Made by a program: the position numbers and the translations under genes. Below are positions 19,831 to 31,361 of a DNA stretch of 37,654 nucleotides, piece by piece. The notes beneath the pieces were generated by a model. That model did no database searches. It was not told the DNA's origin and worked only from the letters and a program-made list of their open reading frames with translations. The stretch comes from Nemertoderma westbladi (taxonomy: Eukaryota; Animalia; Xenacoelomorpha). How positions within the stretch are numbered: position 1 is the stretch's first letter; every line of letters starts with the position of its first letter. The DNA is taken from the NCBI GenBank assembly GCA_032718475.1, contig JAUCBJ010008286.1, positions 1-37,654 on the forward strand, given 5' to 3'.

Positions 19831-21780
19831 ATTGACGATCTACATAAAAAAAACCTGGCTAGGGCAGGTGAAAGGAGTAAGCCAAACCCGCAGGTTTGTC
19901 TCCCCAATCACCTCCTTCGCCTCTCTCATAATATAAGATTCCAGAATATGAATACGACTAGTGTATATGAGTCCAGTCGAATGTTTTACTAAATACTACG
20001 ATATACATCAGAGCGACGATGATGTATATGTCTGACTCTATATGTAGAGTCTGTCGCTCCGTGATACGATCGCATTATCGACTTGCTGCTGGGTTCTTCG
20101 GGCTCGCTCCCCTCTTTCGCCCCCTCCCCAGATACACCAGTCTACCTCCTGTAGACTCTGTTGACGGCGTCCGTGAGGCGTCACTTCCTGGAACAGGCGA
20201 CGATGTCCCTGGGCCCCGACTGTTTCTCGGCTGGTACTCCTCCATCGGCCTCGTCCCATTTGTTGTGTTCCCGTGGTCGCATCCGCCAACTCCTCCTTCT
20301 GCAGTTGCACGCGCGCCTTTTCGGACGCGCCTTGTGCCCTTCGCTGCAGACGTTGAGCTTCAATAATAGAGTGATAGTGCTCGTCCTTGACCTGACGCTT
20401 GTCTAGGACTCCTCCTTCTGGTACTTTCCGCAAGCTATGAGCTCCGGTGGTTGTCGCTGTGGGCGCCGCGGTCCGTTGCTCCTCTATCTGTTCGGCGGTC
20501 AATGAACCCACCGGTACGTGAGTCAACAGAAACTCGTTGCAGTATTGTATAGCCGCTATCCTCCAATCTCCTCTCGCGCGCACCACCTTTCTAGTCTCCG
20601 AAAAATAGACCTTTGGTTATACGGTCGCAAATAGCAACAAAGTTCCAAGTATACTTATTGTCCATATTCAACTGTCTAAAATATGATCGGACAACGATAA
20701 CTCCAGTATTCTGCGGAAGGTCTTGAGCGGTTAGTATCAGCTCCTGATATTGTGGTAGAGATTGCAAATACGGCTCGTATGCGACGTGTGATGGATCTAC
20801 CGCCCAGAACCCGTATCCTGCTTTAAACGGCAACCAACGCATTTGTGCTTGGATGTGGTAATCAGCCACACCCTCCCACTTGTCTAACATTTCCCGGAGT
20901 AGGTTGGCGCTATGGTTTTGGAAAGAATCATCACGCAGTTGACATTTCGCGCTACAATGTCCCTTTACCCCACAATATCCACATTGAGAAATGAAGACGG
21001 TGCATGTATGGAATAAATGATCTGTCTCGTTGCACCAACGGCAGACCTTATGCGCCGCCTCTACTATAGCATCGCACAACTTTTGACTATGCCTTGTACT
21101 GCCGCACAACTTGCATCTACGCGCTTGTGGAAACCAGGCCCTCTCATATATGAGGTCTCCAATCGGCTTCGCACTTCCTCCCTTCCCAATGTCTAAAACG
21201 ATGTCATCCTCTCCGGTCAGAGGTTGTCGATCCGGAACAAAGTAAACATCCTCGCCTTTGTCCTCTATCTCCAATATTTCCTCCCGCATTCGTTTCGGAT
21301 ATGTCTTCGCCACTGGGAGATCCACTCCGAACACCTCTACTAACGTCTCCGGCCAACCCTCTCTAACGGGTCTATCCGCCTCCAAGTGGACGGGAGTACC
21401 AAACCCGCGGGTTTGATCCCCGAACCACTTCTCCAAGGCCTCTGGCGTCGGATACTCCATTGACGGTCAGTCTCCCAAATCTCCGATGTTCTGTCGATAT
21501 ACTCCTTTGAATATCGCTAATCCTCTCCTAACCATCGACGTGTTCTCTAGCGATTGGTTGAAGAACGGGGTTAAGAAACGCTTCATCACGTCGGATTGGA
21601 TTCCCCCTTTCGAGCGAACGTATTGATCTCCTCCAAACACCAATGGATGACGCTTCAAAACTCGCGCAACGATATCCACTACTAAACAAGTTACCGTGCT
21701 CGACTCAAGCACCAAATAATATTGCAGCGACGCACGGGGTGGCGCGCAGATGTTCCAATACACTAACGCTTGCCGCTTAA

Positions 21781-23144
21781 CCGTTACAGGACTGGGCTAT
21801 TTTCCGTGCACCAGGACTGGGGGGGGGTTGATTCCACCCCCCCTTCCATTTTGGATAATTACTGGCCATTTTTTTTTTAAAATTGGTAGTAATGTGAAAA
21901 AATAAATACCTAGCTCGTGTGTGATAAAAAAATTTATTTTCGAGTTATGGGTGGCACCGAAACGGCACTTTTCGTGCACCCACTGAAAAAAATAAAATTT
22001 CAGTAAAACAAGTCAAAAAGTTACTTTCCGCCCGGTTTTATGGGTTTTCGACCCCACTGAATCCTACCTGATGGTCCATATCGTCTCATAATGTTGATTT
22101 ATGCCATTTTTTAGAAGCACCCAAATTTGAAATTTTCATGCCACACCCACTTCTAGGATCCCCCGAAAAATACCATCCCACTTGTCTGTGACATCTATCT
22201 ATCGGTCTAAATCGATTCAGCGACCTCGAAAACCTTTGTACACAGAAAATTGACCTTTGGAAATGAGTACGATTGAAAGTGAAAATTTGAATTTTTCGTG
22301 CCGCACCCACTTTTGAAGGACTCCCCAAAAAATACCATCCCACTTGTCTGTGACATCTATCTATCGGTCTAAATCGATTCAGCGACCTCGAAAACCTTTG
22401 TACACATAAAATTGACCTTTGGAAATGAGTACGATTGAAAGTGAAAATTTGAAATTTTCGTGCCGCACCCACTTTTGAAGGACTCCCCGAAAAATACCAT
22501 CCCACTTGTCTGTGACATCTATCTATCGGTCTAAATCGATTCAGCGACCTCGAAAACCTTTGTACACAGAAAATTGACCTTTGGAAATGAGTACGATTGA
22601 AAGTGAAAATTTGAAATTTTCGTGCCGCACCCACTTTTGAAGGACTCCCCGAAAAATACCATCCCACTTGTCTGTGACATCTATCTATCGGTCTAAATCG
22701 ATTCAGCGACCTCGAAAACCTTTGTACACAGAAAATTGACCTTTGGAAATGTGTACTATTGAAAGAGAAAATTTGAAATTTTCGTGTTGCACCCACTTTT
22801 GTAGGACCCCCAAAAAATGTATTCAGGGAATTTTTGACGTAAAATGGACACCATTGTTCGATTCGGTATACCAAAAAACCTTTATAAACGAGAAACTGGC
22901 TGACAACATCAATCCTTTCAAAAGTTGCAAATTTTAGCTTGAAAAGTGCTGACATGTGTTTTTTACACCCCCTATAACTCGAAAACTAACAGAGCTATAA
23001 AGTTCTCGTTTTTTTTGTGAGATTCAGAGATAAATTTTAGGAAAACTCAGGAAATTTCAGCTTACTGCGATCAGTGCTTCTGCGCAGATCACTAGATAAA
23101 CTTAAGGGGGGGTGGATTCAACCCCCCCCCCAGTCCTGTAACGG
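21781..23144. mobile_element. Non-autonomous piggyBac-type DNA transposon
   Basis: TTAA at 21777-21780 and 23145-23148. 16-bp TIR CCGTTACAGGACTGGG / CCCAGTCCTGTAACGG. Asymmetric subterminal G7-TTGATTCCA-C7-type repeats and no transposase. Excision restores the flanking reading frame. Confidence 0.93.
22110..22810. repeat. 162-bp tandem repeat, ~4.3 near-identical copies, inside the piggyBac-type element
   Basis: ATCGGTCTAAATCGATTCAG occurs at 22201, 22363, 22525 and 22687. Confidence 0.95.
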
Positions 23145-25414
23145 TTAAAGTGGGATTTGAACTCCGCTCCCGGTGGCGTGCTATATTCACCATACGCATC
23201 CTCGCATTTCTTTTGCGTCTTTAACTTGAAGTCCCAATTGTATAACAAATGCGCTATAAAGCCCATACCAGTCTTAGCAGAGTTTGGGTACTCTCTATAA
23301 ATTCCAATATCCTGTGCCCATAGCAACAATAGCTTGGTGTCCCAAACGGTCTCGGCAATCTATCCTCCAAATCCGTCATGGTGTTGAAGTCGCTCTCCAA
23401 GTCACTCTGGACTCCCGATCCCACCTTGACGTAATCCTGGTTGAGAATCGCCTCTATAACTTTCTTGGGTAGCATCCTGGCATTGATACGCTCTGCTCCG
23501 TGCATACCTCCTCGCCTGCATACCTCCAAAATCTGCTCCCTGAGATCCTTCCCCCGCCGATATTGCGTCGTTATGATGGGCTCCGGTCTCTCTCGGTCCG
23601 CCCTCATGCGCATAAATACAAGAGTCACACCATCGGCCGCGTGAATTTGAATGCACTTACTAGTTAGGCACTCTTGATGGGACCCTCCCTCATTGTCGTA
23701 AAACATCACGCGCCAATCCTGTAGGGATTCCTCTGTCTTTCTCCATTGACGCTGGATATCGTCGGATGGGGTCCACATGCGCTCAATATCCTTGTGGTCA
23801 TCGTATTGGGTGTAGGAACCCTTCCTCCTCAGCCACGCCTGATCTACCTCCTCGTCGTCCGGGAATGTAGCCACCGCGACCCATACCTTTATGTACTTGT
23901 CCAACCAACCAAATAATTTGCTCTCCTTCCCCGGAGCTCCAATCTTGTCTAACGTATCGTAATCCGTTATCTGCATCGGGACGTCACGCAAGAACTTCGC
24001 GCATAAAACTTCCCGTAGGCAGTCGCGTTCCAATGATCCGACGACATCACCATCGGCAAGAATCGAATGGCTTCTCGCGACTCCAGGTATTGGTTCGTTG
24101 CCGTCGGAATAATACACCGGTCGGGGTTGAGATACAGCCTGTGGAACAAATCCAGTCACTCTCCTAGTTTCCTCCTGATGTCTATCCGCGGTCTTATTAT
24201 ACTCCGCTATCCGCTCTTTGAATAACTGCTTCGCTTTCGCCGCTCGCTCCTCCTGCCGCAATGCATCTATATCGTCCTGATGCTCAGGCATGAGATTTCT
24301 CGCTCGGTGAGGCGAAGTAAACGTGGTCCAGGAACTCGAGAGCTCGAAACCCGCGGGTTTGGTACTCGAGTCCCGTGCCGCTTCGCGCCGCGCCTCTAAG
24401 TCCTTATAGGCTCGGTATAGCGAAATGGCCGCCGCCGTCTCTATCAAAGCGGGTGTCGAACAGGGTTTAATCTCCGTATACGGATCTAAAGTCGTAACAG
24501 TCGGCGTAATGGGTCTCGGAGGTCGCTTTCCGCTAAAGTCGATACTGATCATCGGGTTGCTCATCGGGTAACCTCCCTCGTTGTATCTAAGAAACTGGTG
24601 AGCTTGACATCGCGTTAATATCGGTTCAGGATTCTGCTCATTCAGTCGATCGGGAATCGCTACGTCTTGCTTATTCATGCATTCGCCACATTTGTAGAAC
24701 AACTTGTATATACTGAAAACCTTTGGCGTCTCCTGATCCTCGCTTCGAGTCCTCCGGTAAAGGGGCATTCCGTCGAATTGATCCCGGACTACAGGTAGCG
24801 GTTCGTCATATCGTAAATACATGTTTAATATGGTATAGACGAGCGATTTCCTCATCGGGGTCTGCGCTAATATCACATACATCAAGGGCAAAGTCGTAGG
24901 GATAACGAGTGCGATATTCTTTCCGTAGAACCTCCATGCGGTGTCCCAACGCTCGCATCTGTTCCCTCCTCAACTCCTTCTCATACGTGGGCTTATACTT
25001 CCCGTTCAACTCCATCACTGATCTCCCGTGGTAGTAAACATTCGAATCCTTACACCCGGGTTGGGCGAACGGTAGTTCCGCCTCCTCTCTGGCGGTGAAC
25101 CCTCTCCTCGGTTGCGCTCTCATTTCCTTCTCCATTTTGCCACGTATATATACATATATCCAATTGGGTCCATTACGTAACTAATTACACTGGGTAAATC
25201 AGTTAGATGATGCCGAAGGACAGACTTGCCAAACCCCCGGCCGCCTTCCAGCAGTTCAGGTTCGGCTCTCTAGATCCTGTCTCATTCCTAACTACCTTCT
25301 AACCTATTCCCATGCATAGCGCAAAAACTTCGGAGATAAACTGGCCATGACCAACTCACTTTTTGATGCCCAAGCTACTCCCAATACTTGTACTAGACTA
25401 CAGTAGTTAAAAAG

Positions 25415-26097
25415 GACAATAGTTCAGCCATCTCCTGTTCCAATACTCTGGCGTTCACCCTCTTGTAAACCAGACAGGCGTCGTACATAGTACCTACTGC
25501 CCTGCTTGGCTGCAATAGAATGAATCGCTGTCTCGCTGCCGACTAACAGTATAACTTTCCCATGTGATGCAACCTATTATGTATATCCCATAGAATCGCT
25601 CTTTGCAATTCTATTGGGTGACTAGGGATTATCACTGGGAACCTAAACTTTGAGTTTATGTCGACAGTCTGGATTCTCGATCTAAGACAAATCAAACCCT
25701 TATGGATTAATGGACTCCATTTTCTAAGGGGTTTATAGAGAACTGGTCGTTGAGCCGATAACAGATAGAATTCTTTCGGGAAGGCACACATTTGATAATG
25801 CTTCAAATGCTTTAATTCCGCTTGATCAATCTCATCCTCTGTCAGAGGTTGTTTCAATTTCTGAATTCGCTCAATATTAGTGCTCATTTGTTCTCCTAAA
25901 TGTTCCGAATGTTTTAAACAAAGGTACGAAACGTATCGGCTTAACCACGCAGTTCTTTTACAAATTGTTAGCCAAGAGGCAGACGAATTTAGTAATTTGT
26001 CATAAATACTACATGGCTCTAATGCCAGCGACGGTTGCCCGCTATCTAATGGAAGTTTCGAATCCAAACCCGCAGGTTTGGAAACCAAAGGCTCCAT
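25415..26097 (-). pseudogene. Element 2 pre-integrase region and integrase Zn-binding domain; catalytic core absent
   Basis: ASWLTICKRTAWLSRY, EIDQAE, LICLRSRI, FPVIIP and HNRLHHMG, then after a stop ...CLVYKR...EQEMAEL. No DDE core is recognisable downstream. Confidence 0.8.
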
Positions 26098-26227
26098 CTT
26101 GTCGGTAATTTTCTATCCGTCACTTACCAATTATGACCCTTGTGTAGTCTGTAAGGGTGGTTTTATGTCATAACTTACCCTTCCGGACCTAGTAGTCACG
26201 TAAGTCTCTTGGTCTGACAGGTCTCCG

Positions 26228-26327
26228 GGCCGCTCCAATTACTCTTCAGGCCGCTCCAATGACTCTTCAGGCCGCTCCAATGACTTTTCAGGCCTCTCCA
26301 ATGACTCATCAGGCCGCTCCAATGACT
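26228..26327. repeat. 21-bp coding minisatellite, ~5 copies (SLERPEE on -)
   Basis: GGCCGCTCCAATGACTCTTCA-like units at 26228, 26249, 26270, 26291 and 26312. Confidence 0.9.
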
Positions 26328-26964
26328 TGAGTTTGGCTTTCGACTTAGACTTGGAAACTTTCTCCACTTTGACTTCTGCATCTATCGGCATCGGATTAGT
26401 TACTACCTTCAGTTGCTCTGGCCAGTGTTCCTGTGTCCTCGTTAGAAAATGAGGTCCATGCAACCAAAACTGCTGGGACTCCTCCTGACAGAATTCCGCC
26501 GGCATAGCACCTCTTGAAGTTATGTCGGCCGGGTTTAACACTCCCGGACAATGTCTCCACTGTTCCTTCGTCGAGAAGTCGACGATCTGAGCGTGTCTGT
26601 TGGCCACAAATGTCTTTAGTGCAATATTGTCAGCTGCAATATACACTAACACTAAGGATGCGTCTGTCCAATAGAATAAGGTCATTGTCGTGTCTAACTC
26701 CTCTATTATCTGCTTACTTACCTCGACTGAGACTACTGCCGCCTGCAACTCTGCACGAGGGACAGTCATGTATTTGACCGGCATTGTCTTTGATCTAGAA
26801 GTCACAAAGGCCGTCTCAAACTTATTCTGACTTACCTCTCGGCGAAGGTAGGCTACCATACCAAAGCCAGTGTCACTTGCGTCACTGAACAAATGCAGTT
26901 CTAAATCAGCTGGAAATACCAGCTGATTCGGAAAGTAGGAGCGGGGTATATCTATATTTTTCAA
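26239..26964 (-). pseudogene. Element 2 RNase H (Pao 'Peptidase_A17' region)
   Basis: IPRSY, LHLFSDAS..GFGMVAYLR, VPRAELQAA, YWTDAS, FVANR, WRHCPGVLNPADITSRG, WLHGPHFL. Confidence 0.92.
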
Positions 26965-26979
26965 TAGATGTAACTCGGC

Positions 26980-28082
26980 TTCCTACTCTCTCCACTGCTT
27001 TGCATGTATAGGGGATATTGGCTCGTCCCACTCTAGGTCGGACAACCAAATTTTCCTCATACATACTCATGCCTGTAATATTATCGGGCTGATAAAGTTC
27101 ATCGGGTCAAATAGTCTACTCATTGTGGATAAGCAGATTCTCTTAGTCAAAACTTTGTCCGGGCTACTGGGCTCAAACCAAACTCTCACCTGGAACTTAT
27201 CCATGTTCGGATTCCAAGCTAGTCCCAGTACTCGCGCCATGGGGATGGGTTCTACCCCCAATTCAATGTCTCCGCTCCCGCGATCTTTCACCGGGAACGA
27301 CTCTAATAGGGCCTCCGAGTTGGTGGTGAACTTGGTCAGAGGGAAACCTTCTGTAGCCAAGCACTCCTGTAGGCCGTGAGCCACTTCTATGGCTTGTTCC
27401 GCTGTGTCCTTGGACACCAATCCGTCGTCCATATAGAAGTTTCTCAGGATGGACTAAATAACTTCTACTGGAAACTTACCTATCTGGGCCATTGCTATTT
27501 TCTTTAGAACAAACAGCGTGCCGTTGGGACTATCGCGGGCACCGAATATCCTGACATACACCTGGCATGTAACCACTGGGCCGGATAGGTCTTCATTCTC
27601 ATATCAGAGAAATCGGAGACTATCCTGGTCCGCCTTGCAGGCTCTTACCTGGTGAAACATTGCCTCGATGTCGCAAGTAAACGCGAATCGCCGCTGTCTA
27701 AAGCGTAACAGTATCCCTATTAAGTAGTTATTTAAGTTGGGACCATCCATCAACTCTGAGTTCAGGGACATACCTCTATAGACTGCTGCGCAGTCGTTGA
27801 CTACTCGGACTTTGTCTGGATTGTCAGGGTGAGTCACATAGTGGTGTGGGAGGTAATAAGTCTGGTCCGTCACTAAGTTGGGGTCCTCTACCTTCCCAGC
27901 AAATCCCTTGGCGAAATAGTTGTTTATCTGGGCGCAATACTTCTCCCTAACGTCTGGATTCTTTAACAACCGAGCCCTTACTCTGTTCAATCTTTTCAGA
28001 GCCAAGTTGTAGTTGTTCTCCAACTTAGGAGGTTGTCGACTCCACAACATTCCAACTTCAAAATGTCCTGTCGGTAGCAGCG
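26980..28082 (-). pseudogene. Element 2 reverse transcriptase (several stops)
   Basis: GHFEVGMLW, YYLPHH, KVRVVNDCAA, SLNSELMDGPNL, LLRFR, DIEAMFHQV, NFYMDD (YMDD at 27424-27435), RVLGLAW, TKR...FDP. Confidence 0.93.
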
Positions 28083-29245
28083 CTTGTGTCCTTCTGGGCT
28101 CCTCCCCGAGGCGCACCAACGAGGCGGACACCTTTCCACCACCCCTGGGGCCAGTCTGACTGATGTTATTATCAGACCGGGCTGGAGGGTGGCCCTATGC
28201 TTCCCGGGTTCTGTTTTCGGTCCCCTGATCACACCGGCACAGCTCGTCGAACGTGTAGCCAGATGGGCGGCTACTGTCAACTTACTGTGGCCTGACTGTA
28301 CATTGAGCCAACTCAGAGAGTCAACCGGCGGGTGGACCAGTCGATAGCGATCGAGCACCAAGGTCGCCCTTGGGCCTAACCGACGGTCTTGTCCCAGGTG
28401 GGCTTGCGCTACCCAACATGGAATATTGATACGTAAGTTCCACAAACAATACTGACTAGTGCGAAAGCTAGGAACAAGTAACCACTTACCAGTCACTGTA
28501 CACGTGTACTCAACAGATGTTCACAATATCAAGTACACAACGGTAAACACAAATTCGGACACATACCATGCACACAGAGGACATAATAGGGAAAGACAAA
28601 ATCGGGGTCAAAATCGAGAAAGACAGGGAATAGTTGTATCGACTGGAGAATATGAGGAAAGAGAGTCGAAAGTACTTTATTTTACCGTCAGGGTAAAATA
28701 ACTTTGTGTGCACAAAGTATGCTGGGGCGCAGTAGAGATATGGTCCTACTAATCCCAGCGGCAACTGAGCCAACTGGCAAGGTTTCCTACACTCACTCGT
28801 AGTGGCCACACATACGATCACATGTACTCACGTACCCACAGCAACAGAAAGCTCATCTCAGACCTAAACACACTCCAAAGACCAATCAGCTGAACATGGA
28901 GACAATAACATATAGTATCAAAAAAACGGAACAGCTGACGGTCAATGGCACACATCCAAGCCCCAAAGCTAACGGCCACTCGTTGCCCACATACAAAACA
29001 CAGTTCACACCACATGAAACACAAATCACGCCATGCCACCACCCCTACTGTGTACAGGAATGGCAGTACGGCAACAGGCCGACTAGGCAATACCACGGCA
29101 CCATGTCGATTCATGGTTCGTCAGACACGAGGGCCTTAAGTATCTCCGTTGCACTTAGATACCGATTTAACGTGCCCCCAGACCCTCACGAGTCCGCCGC
29201 CGCCTGTTATACGCACCCCTATAGAGACCTCAACTCTTTAGGTAC
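28083..29245. other. Unidentified ~1.16-kb insertion splitting element 2 pol between protease and RT
   Basis: EKRSLEMMEDTI (29247 side) and LLPTGHFEVGMLW (28080 side) are normally contiguous in BEL pol. The intervening DNA has no recognisable domain, TIR or TSD. Confidence 0.7.
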
Positions 29246-30870
29246 GTATGGTATCTTCCATCATCTCTAGCGACCGTTTCTCATCAGTGGACATGGTTAA
29301 GTCGTATCCACCGGGTTCCATTGCGTCCCTATCCAGCCATTCGACGGTTCTAGCTCCTGTCTTGAGGTCCTGGCATATCAGTTCCTTCTGCAACTCCTCC
29401 TCCTCACTGTATTGGAAAATGTCGAGGTCTCGATATTTTGCCACTTGACCCTCCACTATATTGGTATAAGTCGAAACATTACTCAAATAGGTGGCGTGGG
29501 CCGCTGAACCAGACCCACGGGTCTGATAACAGTAGTCCTCGGGTTCACTATCTGTCCGGTCATTGTAGAGTGGTTCCGACAATCTAACATTATCGGGAAT
29601 CAACTCCTCGTCCGACTCGCTAACGTCACTATAGTGGTCAATACAGGTTCTCCTAAACTCGTCTATGTCTGGTGGTTCTACTAACGGTGGTTGAGTTACA
29701 GGCTGTAATCCGTCGTGTCTATCCTTTGGCTTGTCACCACCTGAAAACTCATAAGACATGGGTACTCGTGTATACCAACATAGTATAGTCCTATGGGCGT
29801 GTGGTCCATTTACATGCGGCTCAGCTGGTCTCGTTTCCCATATTTGGTGCGCGATCAGCTGTTCTGCTCCAATCAACATAGATACATTCCTATAACCTAC
29901 CTGGTGTCTTGGTATTCTGAGCTTGTCAAAATACTCCTGTGCTATGGGACTCATCGGTGGCACCTTACCTAACTGCCTGCCGAACCCTTTCATAGCTAGA
30001 CACTTGAATCCGTCCAATGGCAACGCTCTCCGTTCTTGGCGAGTGTGCTGGTCTCTCGGGAGTAGGGAGTCTAGTTCTACCGAAATCTTGTGTCCCTTGA
30101 GGTCCCCTACCCCGTGCATGGATTTTAACTCTATTTGGATTTCCTCAGTGTCCTGGAAGCTGGAAACGGCTCTCGCCACTTCCTTGTCTATATATGACAA
30201 TGTGGACGCAGTGTCCAATATCACATATATTCTCTTCGATCCCTTGTCTCCAGTAAGTTTCACCGGAATCACGCTGAATATTTCCGACGTGGCCGATGAC
30301 AAATACGTCCACGCGCTGGGTGATGAACTATCCGCGGTGAACCCTTGGCAGGTCACCTCTCTCGCGCTCGCCTCGCCATCCTCGTCAGACAAACCTGGTT
30401 GATATCCATCGTCCTGGATGCCGGTGTACGTATTTCTTCTCATCATTACGGGATCTCTGCTCCCCTTCCTTTGAGGATTTCTCTGTAGGTAACGGTCTGT
30501 TGGGGTATGGAAATCCGCATGTAGCAACTTGTGATGTAGTCTGCCGCATTCCATGCATCCGTCCTTGCTGTTCATGGCCTGGCGCAAGACATGCCCAACA
30601 GGTGTCCAACGTCTGCACTTGAACTCTTCTCTGTTCCGAAGTTAATTCTTTGAACCGTCTGCAACTGTCTAACTTATGGTCGTCTGATCTTACCTCTTTT
30701 AGTAGGCAGAATTGGCAACCTACAAATCCATCCGGCAACTCCTGTTGCTTTACCTTAGGTCTATCTGACCTCTCACCTTACCATACTCGCGAGTCTGATC
30801 TAAAGGCAGGGGTACTCGAATCGTTGCCAGTCCAGTTTGGTGGCCTAGGAATACCATTGCCTGTCGACCT
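29246..30870 (-). pseudogene. Element 2 gag C-terminus (zinc knuckles) + aspartic protease
   Basis: CQFC...HKLDSC, CWACLAPGH, CMECGRLHHKLLH (frameshift near 30580), VILDTASTLSYI and MLIG. Truncated upstream of ~30870-30900. Confidence 0.88.
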
Positions 30871-31014
30871 AGTATCGCAGCACGTAAATTCCAAAGAAGT
30901 CTGTGAGCCATTCAACCACAGTGGCAATATATTGGTGGTGTGGGAGGCACAGTTACACATCACCAACAGAATAAAATCCCGGTCGCTTACCACTGTACAC
31001 ACGAAGGTCACTGT

Positions 31015-31100
31015 GTCAGTGTTATTGGCGCAGTGGTCAGATAGGTTAAGGCGTAGGTTACATTCTAGGTAGGTCAGGGGTTCAAATCTGGGTCGGGAAA
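31015..31100 (+). mobile_element. tRNA-derived SINE-like head (Pol III A/B boxes)
   Basis: A-box TGGCGCAGTGG at 31026-31036 and B-box-like GGTTCAAATC at ~31079-31088. No complete cloverleaf. Confidence 0.5.
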
Positions 31101-31337
31101 TTTTTTATTTTGTTGGTCTCGGCAGCTCTTACAATTAATGCAACAATTTGTATCCAATGCTGTATCTTCTGCATTGTTGTCAAGGATGAATTGTGGTTCG
31201 ATGTCAACAAGCGATCGTATAAAAATGGATCTCATCACGTTTTTCAACGCGATATAGACACCGACCCTACTAAGCACTATCATATAAATATCATTATGTT
31301 CCTTGCGGTGCTGGGCACGCTAGTATTATGGGATGTA

Positions 31338-31361
31338 CCCCCCCCCCCCCCCCCCCCCCCC
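31338..31361. repeat. Poly-C homopolymer (24 nt)
   Basis: Directly visible. Confidence 0.9.

Larger units (their letters stand above)
20038..25135 (-). pseudogene. Element 2 cargo ORF (~1,240 codons reconstructed): unknown N-terminus, DEDDy-type 3'-5' exonuclease, 3x CCHC zinc knuckles, WExxADxH domain, basic tail
   Basis: ORFs 24806..25135, 23254..24891, 23102..23329, 21467..21763, 20591..21460 and 20038..20586 join through 1-bp frameshifts (~24815, ~23360, ~20603), exact removal of the piggyBac insert (FKSHF|KRQALVYW) and one in-frame TGA (21467-21469). Exonuclease motifs: VMFYDNEG, CIQI, LPKKVIEAILNQDYVKVGSGVQSD, WNICAP...QYYLVLE. Confidence 0.78.
17578..30900 (-). mobile_element. BEL/Pao LTR retrotransposon 2, degenerate and 5'-truncated, carrying a large accessory ORF
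   Basis: Domain order on - is gag knuckles, protease, RT (YMDD), RNase H, integrase Zn region, then the cargo ORF and an LTR-like AT-rich block. There are many stops and frameshifts. The 5' LTR is not in the window and both boundaries are approximate. Confidence 0.85.

Noticed and set aside
22086-22955. 289-aa ORF with 54-aa repeats
   Set aside because: It is a by-product of a stop-free 162-bp tandem repeat inside a non-autonomous transposon, with no transposase motifs.
20038-25135. env/fusion glycoprotein interpretation of the ORF after pol
   Set aside because: No signal peptide or transmembrane anchor is visible. The motifs indicate an exonuclease and zinc knuckles.
27996-29270. Multiple short ORFs on both strands in the pol insert
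   Set aside because: They overlap and are mutually inconsistent, with no recognisable domains.
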